A DNA stretch of 64,000 bases from Bacilli bacterium (GTDB lineage: Bacteria; Bacillota_I; Bacilli_A; RFN20; CAG-826), in the NCBI GenBank assembly GCA_017447165.1, contig JAFSOD010000004.1, positions 179,267 through 243,266 on the forward strand, in the 5' to 3' direction. Made by a program: the position numbers and the translations under genes. Numbering within the stretch: position 1 is the stretch's first letter; each line of letters opens with the position of its first letter. The notes below the pieces were generated by a model. That model was not told where the DNA came from, did not search any database, and worked only from the letters and a program-made list of their open reading frames with translations. This document shows positions 1-8,254 of this stretch, piece by piece.

Positions 1-126
1 ATTGAATTCGACATAATGCTGCTTTTTAATCATCTCAAATCGATGAGGGTCATTCTCTTCAATATATTCAAAAGTCTTATACTCATCTAAAAATTTTTGC
101 GTTATTTCTGCGTTATATGTAGCCAT
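1..126 (-). CDS. hypothetical protein, N-terminal part only (gene runs off the window start)
   Basis: ATG at 126-124 (minus strand) opens MATYNAEITQKFLDEYKTFEYIEENDPHRFEMIKKQHYVEFN with no stop before position 1. No recognisable motif. Absent from the ORF track because it is truncated. Confidence 0.3.
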   Translation of the reverse strand, partial: MATYNAEITQKFLDEYKTFEYIEENDPHRFEMIKKQHYVEFN

Positions 127-195
127 AAATCAACATATCCCTTCTTATTTATAAATTAACACTTATATCGAAATAAATATCTATTTAAATTATAT

Positions 196-226
196 CAAAA
201 AGTCGCCACTATGGACGACTTAATTT
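196..226 (-). terminator. putative rho-independent terminator after the fic-like gene; near-copy of the rpsR terminator
   Basis: Minus strand reads aagtcgtccatagtggcgacttttt (imperfect hairpin plus T-run). It shares ggacgacttaatt and the aaaaag flank with 1446-1476. Confidence 0.45.
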
Positions 227-383
227 TCATTGATTTTAGCCCTTGCTTTCTTTAATCTTCTGGTTTTACATTGTTTCTATGATAATCATGAATAAGACTA
301 ATAAAATTGAAACAAAGAAAGATTGATACGGCCAATAACGCTACCCCTGCAATTAGAATAGCAATATCAAAAAACCAAAATAA

Positions 384-1355
384 TTATAAGATCTCCCAAT
401 AGCCAAATCTTTTGCCGTTAATTCTTTTGATTTTATTATTTTTAACCAAGGTAGCAGTGACGTTTTTAATGGTTCGTGGAGATACTCCAATTTTATTTGC
501 TAATTCATCGATGCTTATTTTTGGATTTGCTTTAATTAATTCGACAACACGCAGCTCTCTTGGTAAAGGTGCATCATTCTTCCTATCAATGCTGATACGT
601 AAATCTCTATTTCTTAATGAGTTATGTTCGTTAAGAAGTAAATTTCTTAAAAATAAAATCAAATAGGATTTGTCATCATTGATCCCTTTTCCAATGAATC
701 TAAAGTTCGCTCTCACCAAGGCGTTTCTAAAATACCACGCATTTTTAGCAAAGACATCATTAGTAACATCGAAACCCAATCTTCTTAAATATTTGATAAA
801 GAATACCGCAGTAGTTCTAGTGTTGCCTTCTTGAAATGCATGAATCTGCCAAAGATTTGAAACGAAGGTTGCTAAATGTTCGATAATTTCATCTTTTGAT
901 AAACCAATATAATTAAATTTTCTTTCAGAATCAAAATCGTATTCTAAAGTCGATTGAAGTTCATGATAATCGCCATAAATTACAGATCTTCCATCAAGAA
1001 CCCATTCCTTTTTAATATAATTAAAATCTCTTAATTTTCCAGCGTGATTAAACACACCATCAAACAAACGTTTATGAATACTAACCAGCTGACCTACTGT
1101 AAATGTGAAAGAATCATCTGAAATGATTTGAGCAATTCTATTTGAAACAATGTCGGCTTCTTCAGTTCTTTCATCTTCGCCAGGTTTATTTTCATAATAT
1201 GAATTAATAATTTTGTCTAACTCATCCAAAGATATCTTTCCATTAATATATTTGTCTGCTTGTGACAAAAAATAAGATGAGTTTTTTAATCCATCAACAT
1301 CTTGTAGTCCGATTCCTGTTTCTATAAGGTATTTATTAGAATATTTATTTTCCAT
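384..1355 (-). CDS. Fic/Fido-domain protein with C-terminal winged-HTH; non-canonical active-site motif
   Basis: 323 aa. Fido core motif HAFQEGNTRTTA matches HxFx(D/E)GNGRxxR except for G->T and final R->A. C-terminal LIKANPKISIDELANKIGVSPRTIKNVTATLVKNNKIKR looks like an HTH. Confidence 0.8.
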   Translation of the reverse strand: MENKYSNKYLIETGIGLQDVDGLKNSSYFLSQADKYINGKISLDELDKIINSYYENKPGEDERTEEADIVSNRIAQIISDDSFTFTVGQLVSIHKRLFDGVFNHAGKLRDFNYIKKEWVLDGRSVIYGDYHELQSTLEYDFDSERKFNYIGLSKDEIIEHLATFVSNLWQIHAFQEGNTRTTAVFFIKYLRRLGFDVTNDVFAKNAWYFRNALVRANFRFIGKGINDDKSYLILFLRNLLLNEHNSLRNRDLRISIDRKNDAPLPRELRVVELIKANPKISIDELANKIGVSPRTIKNVTATLVKNNKIKRINGKRFGYWEIL

Positions 1356-1379
1356 AGGAAAATATTATCATAGTTTGTC

Positions 1380-1405
1380 CCAAAGTGCAATTCCAAAGTG
1401 CAATT
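1380..1405. repeat. perfect tandem direct repeat ccaaagtgcaatt x2, 25 nt upstream of the fic-like start codon
   Basis: Read directly: 1380-1392 and 1393-1405 are identical 13-mers. Confidence 0.7.
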
Positions 1406-1445
1406 ATTAGATTTTTGCCCTTTGAAATAAAGTGATGTTGTTATA

Positions 1446-1476
1446 AAAAAGCCGTCCATTTTGGACGACTTAATTC
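1446..1476 (-). terminator. rho-independent terminator of rpsR
   Basis: Minus strand reads gtcgtccaaaatggacggcttttt directly after the rpsR stop: GC-rich hairpin plus T-run. Confidence 0.6.
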
Positions 1477-1492
1477 AATTGTCTGATTTTAA

Positions 1493-1720
1493 TTAATCAG
1501 CAACATATGGGAGAAGAGCCATGAATCTCGCATTTTTAATTGCGACAGCTAATTCTCTTTGATGTTTTGCACACGTACCAGTTGTTCTACGTGGAGAAAT
1601 TTTTCCATTAGAAGCAATAAACATTTTCAATGTTTCAACATCTTTATAATCGATGTGGGTAATGTTATTTTTCTTGAAGTAACAGACCTTCTTGTGTGGT
1701 CTAACTTTTTTAAACGCCAT
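1493..1720 (-). CDS. rpsR: 30S ribosomal protein S18
   Basis: 75 aa with the typical S18 core [32 protein letters not shown]. Sits in rpsF-ssb-rpsR synteny. Confidence 0.95.
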   Translation of the reverse strand: MAFKKVRPHKKVCYFKKNNITHIDYKDVETLKMFIASNGKISPRRTTGTCAKHQRELAVAIKNARFMALLPYVAD

Positions 1721-1736
1721 TATTTATCTTCCTTTC

Positions 1737-2171
1737 TTAGAATGGGAGATCGTCATCAGTAATTTCAATACTGTCTAAGCTCTTTGATTCGTCGGCTGGA
1801 ACCACATCATCAAATGGTGGAAGTTCGATTTCTTCGTTTGCGACTTCTTCTGCTCTCTTCTCTAAGAATTGAACAGAGTCACATAACACTTCGATGACAC
1901 TGGTTTTAGAACCATCTTGACGGATGAAGCTTCTTTGATTAAGACGACCTTCGACTCCAACTAATAAACCCTTACGGGCAAATTTAGAAACTGTTTCCGC
2001 GGTGGTTGTAAAGGCGGTACAAGGAATAAAGCTTGTGCCTTTGCTTCCATCAGGATTTTTCATTCTGTTGTCTAAGGCAACTGTGAATGTACAGACAGAG
2101 TTTCCAGATGTTGTTTTTCTTAATTCTGGGTCTCTAGTTAAGCGACCCACTAAAACGACACGATTAATCAT
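1737..2171 (-). CDS. ssb: single-stranded DNA-binding protein
   Basis: 144 aa. OB-fold N-terminus MINRVVLVGRLTRDPELR and acidic C-terminal tip DDDLPF. Confidence 0.93.
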   Translation of the reverse strand: MINRVVLVGRLTRDPELRKTTSGNSVCTFTVALDNRMKNPDGSKGTSFIPCTAFTTTAETVSKFARKGLLVGVEGRLNQRSFIRQDGSKTSVIEVLCDSVQFLEKRAEEVANEEIELPPFDDVVPADESKSLDSIEITDDDLPF

Positions 2172-2185
2172 TTAAATGATCCTCC

Positions 2186-2476
2186 TTATTTGTGTTCTAC
2201 AACAATAAGATGACGTAGGACACTTGGGTTGATACGGACTAAACGATTGAATTCACTAATCGCTTTGTTATCCATACTGACCTTAAGTACAACATAGTAG
2301 CCCTTAGTTTGTTCCTTAATTGGATAAGCAAGTTCACGTAAGCCCATGGATTCGCTGGTTTCTTCAACCTTACCACCATTATCAGTGATAATCTTAGCAA
2401 GCTTTTCCATAACTTCTTTACGTTGTGCTTCTTCTAAGTCGGCTCTTAAAATGTACATAATTTCGTATTTGCGCAT
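2186..2476 (-). CDS. rpsF: 30S ribosomal protein S6
   Basis: 96 aa starting MRKYEIMYILRADLEE, which is typical of S6. First gene of the rpsF-ssb-rpsR operon. Confidence 0.95.
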   Translation of the reverse strand: MRKYEIMYILRADLEEAQRKEVMEKLAKIITDNGGKVEETSESMGLRELAYPIKEQTKGYYVVLKVSMDNKAISEFNRLVRINPSVLRHLIVVEHK

Positions 2477-2549
2477 TTTCTTTTCCTCCTTGGTCTAACG
2501 GCTATTAACTTTAATTAATAGCAGAGTATTTGCTAACTTTAGCATATGT

Positions 2550-2578
2550 ATTATACATATCGCGCATAATCTTGTAAA
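2550..2578 (-). promoter_or_regulatory. sigma-A type promoter for rpsF-ssb-rpsR (TTTACA-17 nt-TATAAT on the minus strand)
   Basis: The reverse complement of 2573-2578 is TTTACA and of 2550-2555 is TATAAT, with a 17-nt spacer. The ~70-nt leader contains two small hairpins (gctaaagttagc, ctattaattaaagttaatag). It could be an S6:S18-type autoregulatory leader, but I cannot verify that. Confidence 0.55.
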
Positions 2579-2709
2579 GAAACAAATCCTACGTCAATAA
2601 ATCACCTTATTTATCTATAATGGCGGAATAAATATATCTACTAGGTGATAAGTGTTGACAATTACCCAGTTATGGTTTACTTTATTGCTGTTGAGTGAGC
2701 CTAGCTATG

Positions 2710-2775
2710 CTAGTGCTTTTTTATTATGTATACCAGGTAACATAACAAAGCTAACACTATAATGAAGTCATTCAT
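2710..2775 (-). CDS. candidate 21-aa hydrophobic peptide (type I toxin-like), MNDFIIVLALLCYLVYIIKKH
   Basis: Strong SD AAAGGAGG lies 7 nt before the ATG at 2775 and the stop is TAG at 2710-2712. One transmembrane-like stretch plus a KKH tail. It lies in an otherwise non-coding 540-bp gap. Too short for the ORF track. Confidence 0.3.
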   Translation of the reverse strand: MNDFIIVLALLCYLVYIIKKH

Positions 2776-2993
2776 TAATAGCACCTCCTTTAACAACCCC
2801 TTAGCCTTATCCTCCAAAAGGACCAGATAAGCCCAAAAGAAACCATTAAAAGAAACAACTTATTGACGCCCATGGGCATCAGTTAAGAGTAAGAAGTAGC
2901 CTCTAGTTGCGTCCAACTATAATAACTACCACTCATATATATAAAGACGGAAAAAATCGGCTTCCTTGTGAAAAAAAGTTTAAAAAGTTTTAT

Positions 2994-3022
2994 TAAAAAA
3001 AGAAAACTGGCTGAAGCCAGTT
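2994..3022 (-). terminator. rho-independent terminator of the mscS-family gene
   Basis: Minus strand reads aactggcttcagccagtt followed by ttcttttttt. Confidence 0.65.
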
Positions 3023-3890
3023 AGTTTTTGATATTTCTATCAGTGGAACAAGGGATATAAATTCCTTTTTCCTTAAATGCAAGATACACTCTTTCAGTTA
3101 ATTGGTTATATAATGTCCAATAATCTTCAAACTTGGTCCAACATCTAAGCCTCATATTAATCGAATATTCTTTGAAGCTTTCCGCGTACACCATTGTCTT
3201 TTCTGGATTAATCACTAATGGCTCATCTTTAATGACTGAGGCCAATGCTTCTTTTACTACTTCAAGGTCGCTATCATAGCTCACTCCAACATCAAAGTCG
3301 ATTCTTCTTTCTCCTGTGGCGGTGAAGTTAGTGATAACCGCACTGGCCATATTCTTATTAGGAATGATAATCTTTTGACCTTGGAAGCTAGTTAAGATAG
3401 TTGAAAAGAAATGGACTCTTTTAACAATACCTTCACATTCTCCAAATGCGTTTTTAACTAAAATGTGGTCGCCTGTTCGGATAGTCTTTTGATTTATAAT
3501 CAATAAGCCTGAGAAGAATGATCCCACTAAATCTTGTAAAGCTAAACCAAGGGCGACACCAACAGAGGCGATGATTCCGCCCATTCCTGATAAATTGATT
3601 TTTAAAACACTACAAACAATAAAGCCAACAGCAATCCAAATTAAGAATTTAATTAATCCTAAGATAATTAGTTTAGCAGAAACATCAATATCAGGTCCTC
3701 TTTTGACCTTAAATAGTTTTTTAAGTAGTGGGTTAAATAATTTAAGAACCAGCCAAGTAAAAATGATAATAGCAATCGCTACACCAATACGAGAAAGATA
3801 GTTAATACCAGAGTCATCAGGTTTCCAGAAAAAATCTGCAAACTTTTGCCAGAAATCTACCCATCCTTGCCAAGCATCTAATGTTTTCAT
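3021..3890 (-). CDS. MscS-family small-conductance mechanosensitive channel
   Basis: 289 aa with N-terminal TM helices and the conserved beta-domain pattern TGDHILV...GIVKRVHFFSTIL...GQKIIIPNKNMASAVITNF. Confidence 0.85.
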   Translation of the reverse strand: MKTLDAWQGWVDFWQKFADFFWKPDDSGINYLSRIGVAIAIIIFTWLVLKLFNPLLKKLFKVKRGPDIDVSAKLIILGLIKFLIWIAVGFIVCSVLKINLSGMGGIIASVGVALGLALQDLVGSFFSGLLIINQKTIRTGDHILVKNAFGECEGIVKRVHFFSTILTSFQGQKIIIPNKNMASAVITNFTATGERRIDFDVGVSYDSDLEVVKEALASVIKDEPLVINPEKTMVYAESFKEYSINMRLRCWTKFEDYWTLYNQLTERVYLAFKEKGIYIPCSTDRNIKN

Positions 3891-3972
3891 AGTGTTATTA
3901 TTTTATTAATAAATAGTGTTTTTCGCAACAAAAAATACGACCATTGGAGGCCGTATCTTTTTTGAAAAAGAA

Positions 3973-4512
3973 TTAATAATTTTTAGCTTGTCTTTCGAAA
4001 TAGCTCTTTGGATGTTTACAAGTTGGACAGAGCTCAGGAGCTTCTTTACCAACGTGGATATGTCCACAATTTCTACATTTCCAAATGACAACATCATCAG
4101 CCACAAAGACTTTTCCTGATTTCACTTTTTCAAGTAAAGCAAGATATCTTTCTTCGTGTTCTTTTTCAATCTTACCAACTAATTCGAACTTGCAGGCAAT
4201 TTCAATAAAACCTTCTTCACGAGCGACTGCTGCCATTTCTTTATACATTTCAGTCCACTCATAGTTTTCACCTTCAGCAGCGGCTTTTAAGTTCTCTTCT
4301 GTAGTAGGAACAGCACCACCATGGAGGTATTTAAACCATAATTCAGCGTGTTCTTTTTCATTATCTGCTGTCTCTTGGAAGATTGCAGCGATTTGCTCAT
4401 ATCCTTCTTTTTTAGCTTTAGAAGCAAAGTAAGTATATTTGTTTCTAGCTTGAGATTCGCCAGCAAAAGCGATTTCTAAATTCTTCTCAGTACGACTACC
4501 TTTTAATTCCAT
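3973..4512 (-). CDS. rbr: rubrerythrin
   Basis: 179 aa. Ferritin-like di-iron domain (E..E..H pattern; EKEHAELWFKYL, EKEHEERY) plus a C-terminal rubredoxin pair CRNCG...CPTCKHP. Confidence 0.9.
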   Translation of the reverse strand: MELKGSRTEKNLEIAFAGESQARNKYTYFASKAKKEGYEQIAAIFQETADNEKEHAELWFKYLHGGAVPTTEENLKAAAEGENYEWTEMYKEMAAVAREEGFIEIACKFELVGKIEKEHEERYLALLEKVKSGKVFVADDVVIWKCRNCGHIHVGKEAPELCPTCKHPKSYFERQAKNY

Positions 4513-4527
4513 ATGTTAATTTCTCCT

Positions 4528-5697
4528 TCACTTATTATAAATAACTTTTGGTCCACTGTCCTTAACAAATATTTCTTGAACATTATTTTCTCCGTAGTGT
4601 TCTTTCATTTTTACTAAAACTTTTTCTAGTTTAGAAGTAGGAACTAAAGCAATAACACTTCCTGCAAAGCCACCACCATTAATTTTGACAGCCCCTTGAT
4701 TATCGCTATATTTCATTAATAAATCACACGCTTCTAAAGGTGAACCTTCGTAGTTAGATCCCACCATCATATTTTTTAAATATTTAGTGGAAGATTCTCT
4801 TGATTCATTAATCATTTTTAAAAATGTTTCTTGTTCATTATCCTGTAGTGCTTTAAAAGCATTTCTCACTCTAGAATTTTCTCCATAAAAATGTTTAGCT
4901 CTTAAATAAGCCATCTCACTCATCTCACTTTTATGAGCTTCTACTTCCTCAAAAGTACCTTCGACTAAATAATTATGTCCACACGCTTTAGCGGCTTCAT
5001 ACATATCACTAGGTATAGAAGAATATAAATCACTGAGAGATGAATGATCTCCACCAGTATTTACTAAAACAAAGTGTAAATCTTTAAATGGGAATTCAAT
5101 TTGTTCAACTAGAGGATCATCAATATTTTTAAAGTCAATTTTTACAACTCCACCAAAACCAACTCCAATTTGATCCAAAAGACCACTTTTCTTTCCAAAA
5201 TATTCATTTTCTGCGTATTTTCCAGCTTTACAAAGTTCTAATTTAGAGATCTTGCCATTATTAAATAAAACATTAAAAATGTGTCCCACTAAAAGTTCGA
5301 AAGCAGCAGAGCTAGATACGCCCGCTCCTTTAAAGATTGTGGATTCGCTATAAGCGTTAAATCCTCCAACTTTGTAGCCATGTTCTTTTAAATAAGCAGC
5401 AACTCCTCTTATTAATCCTTTTGAAGTTGCGTATTCTTTTTCATTCGCGTTTAAATCAGATAAATCTACTTCATCTAACTCAAAACCTAGAGATTGAAAT
5501 AAGACTTTATTAGAGTCGTTTTTACTAACTGAAGCAACAATTTCTAAATTACAAGCACTGGCTAAACATAGACCGTGGTTATGATCTGTATGATTGCCTA
5601 AGATTTCAAAGCGTCCACCACAGGAAAAAACATGTTCAGTGTCACTAACAAATATCTTTTTATATTCAGATAATAATTTAGAAACGTTATCTTCCAC
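4528..5697 (-). CDS. galK: galactokinase-family GHMP kinase
   Basis: 389 aa. Galactokinase signature GRFEILGNHTDHNHG and GHMP ATP motif GAGVSSSAAFE. No galT or galE neighbour, so the substrate is uncertain. Confidence 0.65.
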   Translation of the reverse strand: MEDNVSKLLSEYKKIFVSDTEHVFSCGGRFEILGNHTDHNHGLCLASACNLEIVASVSKNDSNKVLFQSLGFELDEVDLSDLNANEKEYATSKGLIRGVAAYLKEHGYKVGGFNAYSESTIFKGAGVSSSAAFELLVGHIFNVLFNNGKISKLELCKAGKYAENEYFGKKSGLLDQIGVGFGGVVKIDFKNIDDPLVEQIEFPFKDLHFVLVNTGGDHSSLSDLYSSIPSDMYEAAKACGHNYLVEGTFEEVEAHKSEMSEMAYLRAKHFYGENSRVRNAFKALQDNEQETFLKMINESRESSTKYLKNMMVGSNYEGSPLEACDLLMKYSDNQGAVKINGGGFAGSVIALVPTSKLEKVLVKMKEHYGENNVQEIFVKDSGPKVIYNK

Positions 5698-6254
5698 TAT
5701 TTGATTTTTCTTCCTTCTGAAAATGCTTGTCCAACTTTTTTACCCACAACATAATAGCCATGGTTAAAAGGATCATATGAAATGATTTGCATTTTTTCTA
5801 AATCAACTTTACCGTTTTCATCTAGATATTTATCATCCACTAAGAGTTGAACAATATTACCAATAATTCCATAGTCCTCTTTAAAACATTCAAGTGTACA
5901 CTCTAAAGAATAAGGTAAGTCATCTAAAATTGGCGCGTCCACTAATTCACTCTTATGAGCTTTCCAACCAGTTTTTTCAAACTTCTTTGGATCATTTTTA
6001 CTAGATACAACACCAACAAAATCCGCTGGAACCATATTGCTAACATTAGCCAAAGAAACAGTAAAGGCTTTTCTTTTTCTAATATTCTCAGTTGTGCGAT
6101 GAGAATCAGAAATATTAAGTTCGATTTGTTTTGTGTCAAATGCGCATCCCCAAGCCGCGTTCATTACATCGATAGAACCATCATCATTGTAGGTTGCTAT
6201 TAAAATTACAGGCATTGGGAATATTGCTGGGCAAATATTCATTTTCTTTTTCAT
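5697..6254 (-). CDS. flavin reductase-like FMN-binding (split-barrel) protein
   Basis: 185 aa. Family-typical pattern PMPVILIATYNDDGSIDVMNAAWG...AFTVSLAN. Its stop overlaps the start of the downstream kinase gene by 1 nt. Confidence 0.7.
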   Translation of the reverse strand: MKKKMNICPAIFPMPVILIATYNDDGSIDVMNAAWGCAFDTKQIELNISDSHRTTENIRKRKAFTVSLANVSNMVPADFVGVVSSKNDPKKFEKTGWKAHKSELVDAPILDDLPYSLECTLECFKEDYGIIGNIVQLLVDDKYLDENGKVDLEKMQIISYDPFNHGYYVVGKKVGQAFSEGRKIK

Positions 6255-6257
6255 AGA

Positions 6258-7418
6258 TTATTCCTCCTCATTTTCACATATATAATTCATTAATCTATTA
6301 CAAGCATCTATTAAATTGCTTCTTGGAGTAGCGATATTTAATCTAATATATCCTTCTGCTGATTTTCCATAGTTAATTCCAGGCGCAACAACTAAGCCTG
6401 TAGATTCTTTTAGTCTTTTTACAAATAACCTTGAATCTTTACTATAATAAGAAATATCAATCCATACTAAATAGGTATAAGTTCCGCTGACAATTTTAAA
6501 ATTCGGATGGTTTTTGCGCAAAAATTCAATCAAAAATGTTCTATTTTCATTTAAATATGAGTTTAATTGATCTACATACTCATCTCCACAAGTAAAAGCA
6601 GTAATAACCGGATCAACTGCAAAATAATTTGGTTCACCAATATCGTCTTGCCAAAACCCGTTTTGCACCATTTCTTTTAACTCGTTATTAGGGATAATAG
6701 CTACTGAAGAATGTAATCCAGCAACATTAAATACCTTACTAGGAGATAACAATGTAATTACTTTGTCGTATTGAGTGACTCCACTATTTAAAATAGAGAT
6801 ATATCTTCCTTTATTTAGATCAATATCGCCATGAATTTCATCAGATATTACATAGACATTATTTTGTTTACATAGGTTAATTATCTTATTTAATTCATCT
6901 ATTGTAAATTTTCTTCCTAGTGGATTATGAGGATTACATAATAAGAAAAATTCCGCTCCATGTAGTTGAGTTTCTAGTTTTTTCCAATCAATACTAAGAT
7001 CTTTATCTAGAATAAATTCACACTCCTTTAGAACTAAATTATTGTTTTTGATACAGTTAAAAAACACATTATAAACAGGGGTGAACATTACAACTTCATC
7101 TTTTGGTTCACCTAAATGTTTAAATATAGAATCAATTGAGGCCACAACTGATTTAGAAAATATAAACCAATCTTTTTCTAATGTTGTGCTATGTCGATCT
7201 CTCCACCAACGAATATATGCTTGGTAATATGAATCAGGGACAAATGTATAGCCATAGCAAGCTTGCTCTGCCCTAGCTTTAATTGCTTTTTTTATTTCTG
7301 GCATAGCCATAAAATCCATGTCGGCAATATCTAAAGGAAGTTCACCTTCATTTACATTCCAACGAATACTACATGATTCTTTTCTATTTATAGAAGCATC
7401 AAAATTATATTTGCTCAT
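6258..7418 (-). CDS. PLP-dependent C-S lyase/aminotransferase of the MalY/PatB class
   Basis: 386 aa. PLP-lysine context LLSPSKVFNVAGL and class I/II aminotransferase layout. Confidence 0.8.
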   Translation of the reverse strand: MSKYNFDASINRKESCSIRWNVNEGELPLDIADMDFMAMPEIKKAIKARAEQACYGYTFVPDSYYQAYIRWWRDRHSTTLEKDWFIFSKSVVASIDSIFKHLGEPKDEVVMFTPVYNVFFNCIKNNNLVLKECEFILDKDLSIDWKKLETQLHGAEFFLLCNPHNPLGRKFTIDELNKIINLCKQNNVYVISDEIHGDIDLNKGRYISILNSGVTQYDKVITLLSPSKVFNVAGLHSSVAIIPNNELKEMVQNGFWQDDIGEPNYFAVDPVITAFTCGDEYVDQLNSYLNENRTFLIEFLRKNHPNFKIVSGTYTYLVWIDISYYSKDSRLFVKRLKESTGLVVAPGINYGKSAEGYIRLNIATPRSNLIDACNRLMNYICENEEE

Positions 7419-8253
7419 TGATGATTATCTCCGTTTTAGAAACATCAATTTTATCTTTTTCTAATATTAACTTTTTTATGCCTTTGCATTCAATTCTTCC
7501 AGAGATTGGATTTTTAACTGAATCAATAACACTTTTGACTTTTATATCTAAACGAGAACAATATTCAAAACATAAATCAGAATCAATTAGTTCACAATTA
7601 ATCATTTTAACGTTATCCATATAGCATAATCCCTGGTGTGAAATGATTTTGCAGTTTATAAACGTCACATTTTTACTATTCCAAGCTAGATACTCTCCAA
7701 TAATCGTAGAATCTGTAACAACGACATTTTCGACATTCCAAAAAGCATCTTTGGTTTTCAAAACTGAATTATGGATCTTGATGTTTTTTGCCCCATCAAA
7801 GCCATAATTTCCATCTAAAGATAAATTTTCAATTTCTAACTCTTCAGAATTAAAACCAAAATAATCGCCTTTAACTTCAATATTAATTAATTTAACACCC
7901 TTACATTTCCAAAGTGTTTCATCTGCATGCGGTAATTTAACATTTATTAAGGATATAGATTCACTTCTTCTAAATGTTTTAGGAGCTTCGATTATTGTAT
8001 CTATTATTTCAATGTTTTTTGTGTACCATATTCCGCTTCTTGCGGTATATAACAATTTTGAATTTCTTACTTTAACATTCTGGCAATACCATAATGGGTA
8101 TTTCCATTGAAAAGTTGATTCAATTATTTGGATATCTTTGCTTTCCTTTAATGGAGACTCTCCATCATGAAAATAACATTTATGAAAAGTGGCCTCACTA
8201 GTCATAAACATCGCTCGCTCACCACTAAAAGACTGTTCGTTATAATATTTCAT
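7405..8253 (-). CDS. DUF3737-like beta-helix repeat protein
   Basis: 282 aa starting MKYYNEQSFSGERAMF...GESPLKE, with repeated short N/I-rich turns typical of a right-handed beta-helix. The family name is from memory only. Confidence 0.5.
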   Translation of the reverse strand: MKYYNEQSFSGERAMFMTSEATFHKCYFHDGESPLKESKDIQIIESTFQWKYPLWYCQNVKVRNSKLLYTARSGIWYTKNIEIIDTIIEAPKTFRRSESISLINVKLPHADETLWKCKGVKLINIEVKGDYFGFNSEELEIENLSLDGNYGFDGAKNIKIHNSVLKTKDAFWNVENVVVTDSTIIGEYLAWNSKNVTFINCKIISHQGLCYMDNVKMINCELIDSDLCFEYCSRLDIKVKSVIDSVKNPISGRIECKGIKKLILEKDKIDVSKTEIIINEQI

Positions 8254-8254
8254 A

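Noticed and set aside
2477-3020. Known housekeeping ncRNA (tmRNA, RNase P, 6S, SRP) in the 540-bp gap
   Set aside because: I found no tRNA-like 3' end (GGTTCGAATCC), no RNase P conserved GAGGAAAGTCC, and no long irregular hairpin typical of 6S RNA. Only short local hairpins are present.
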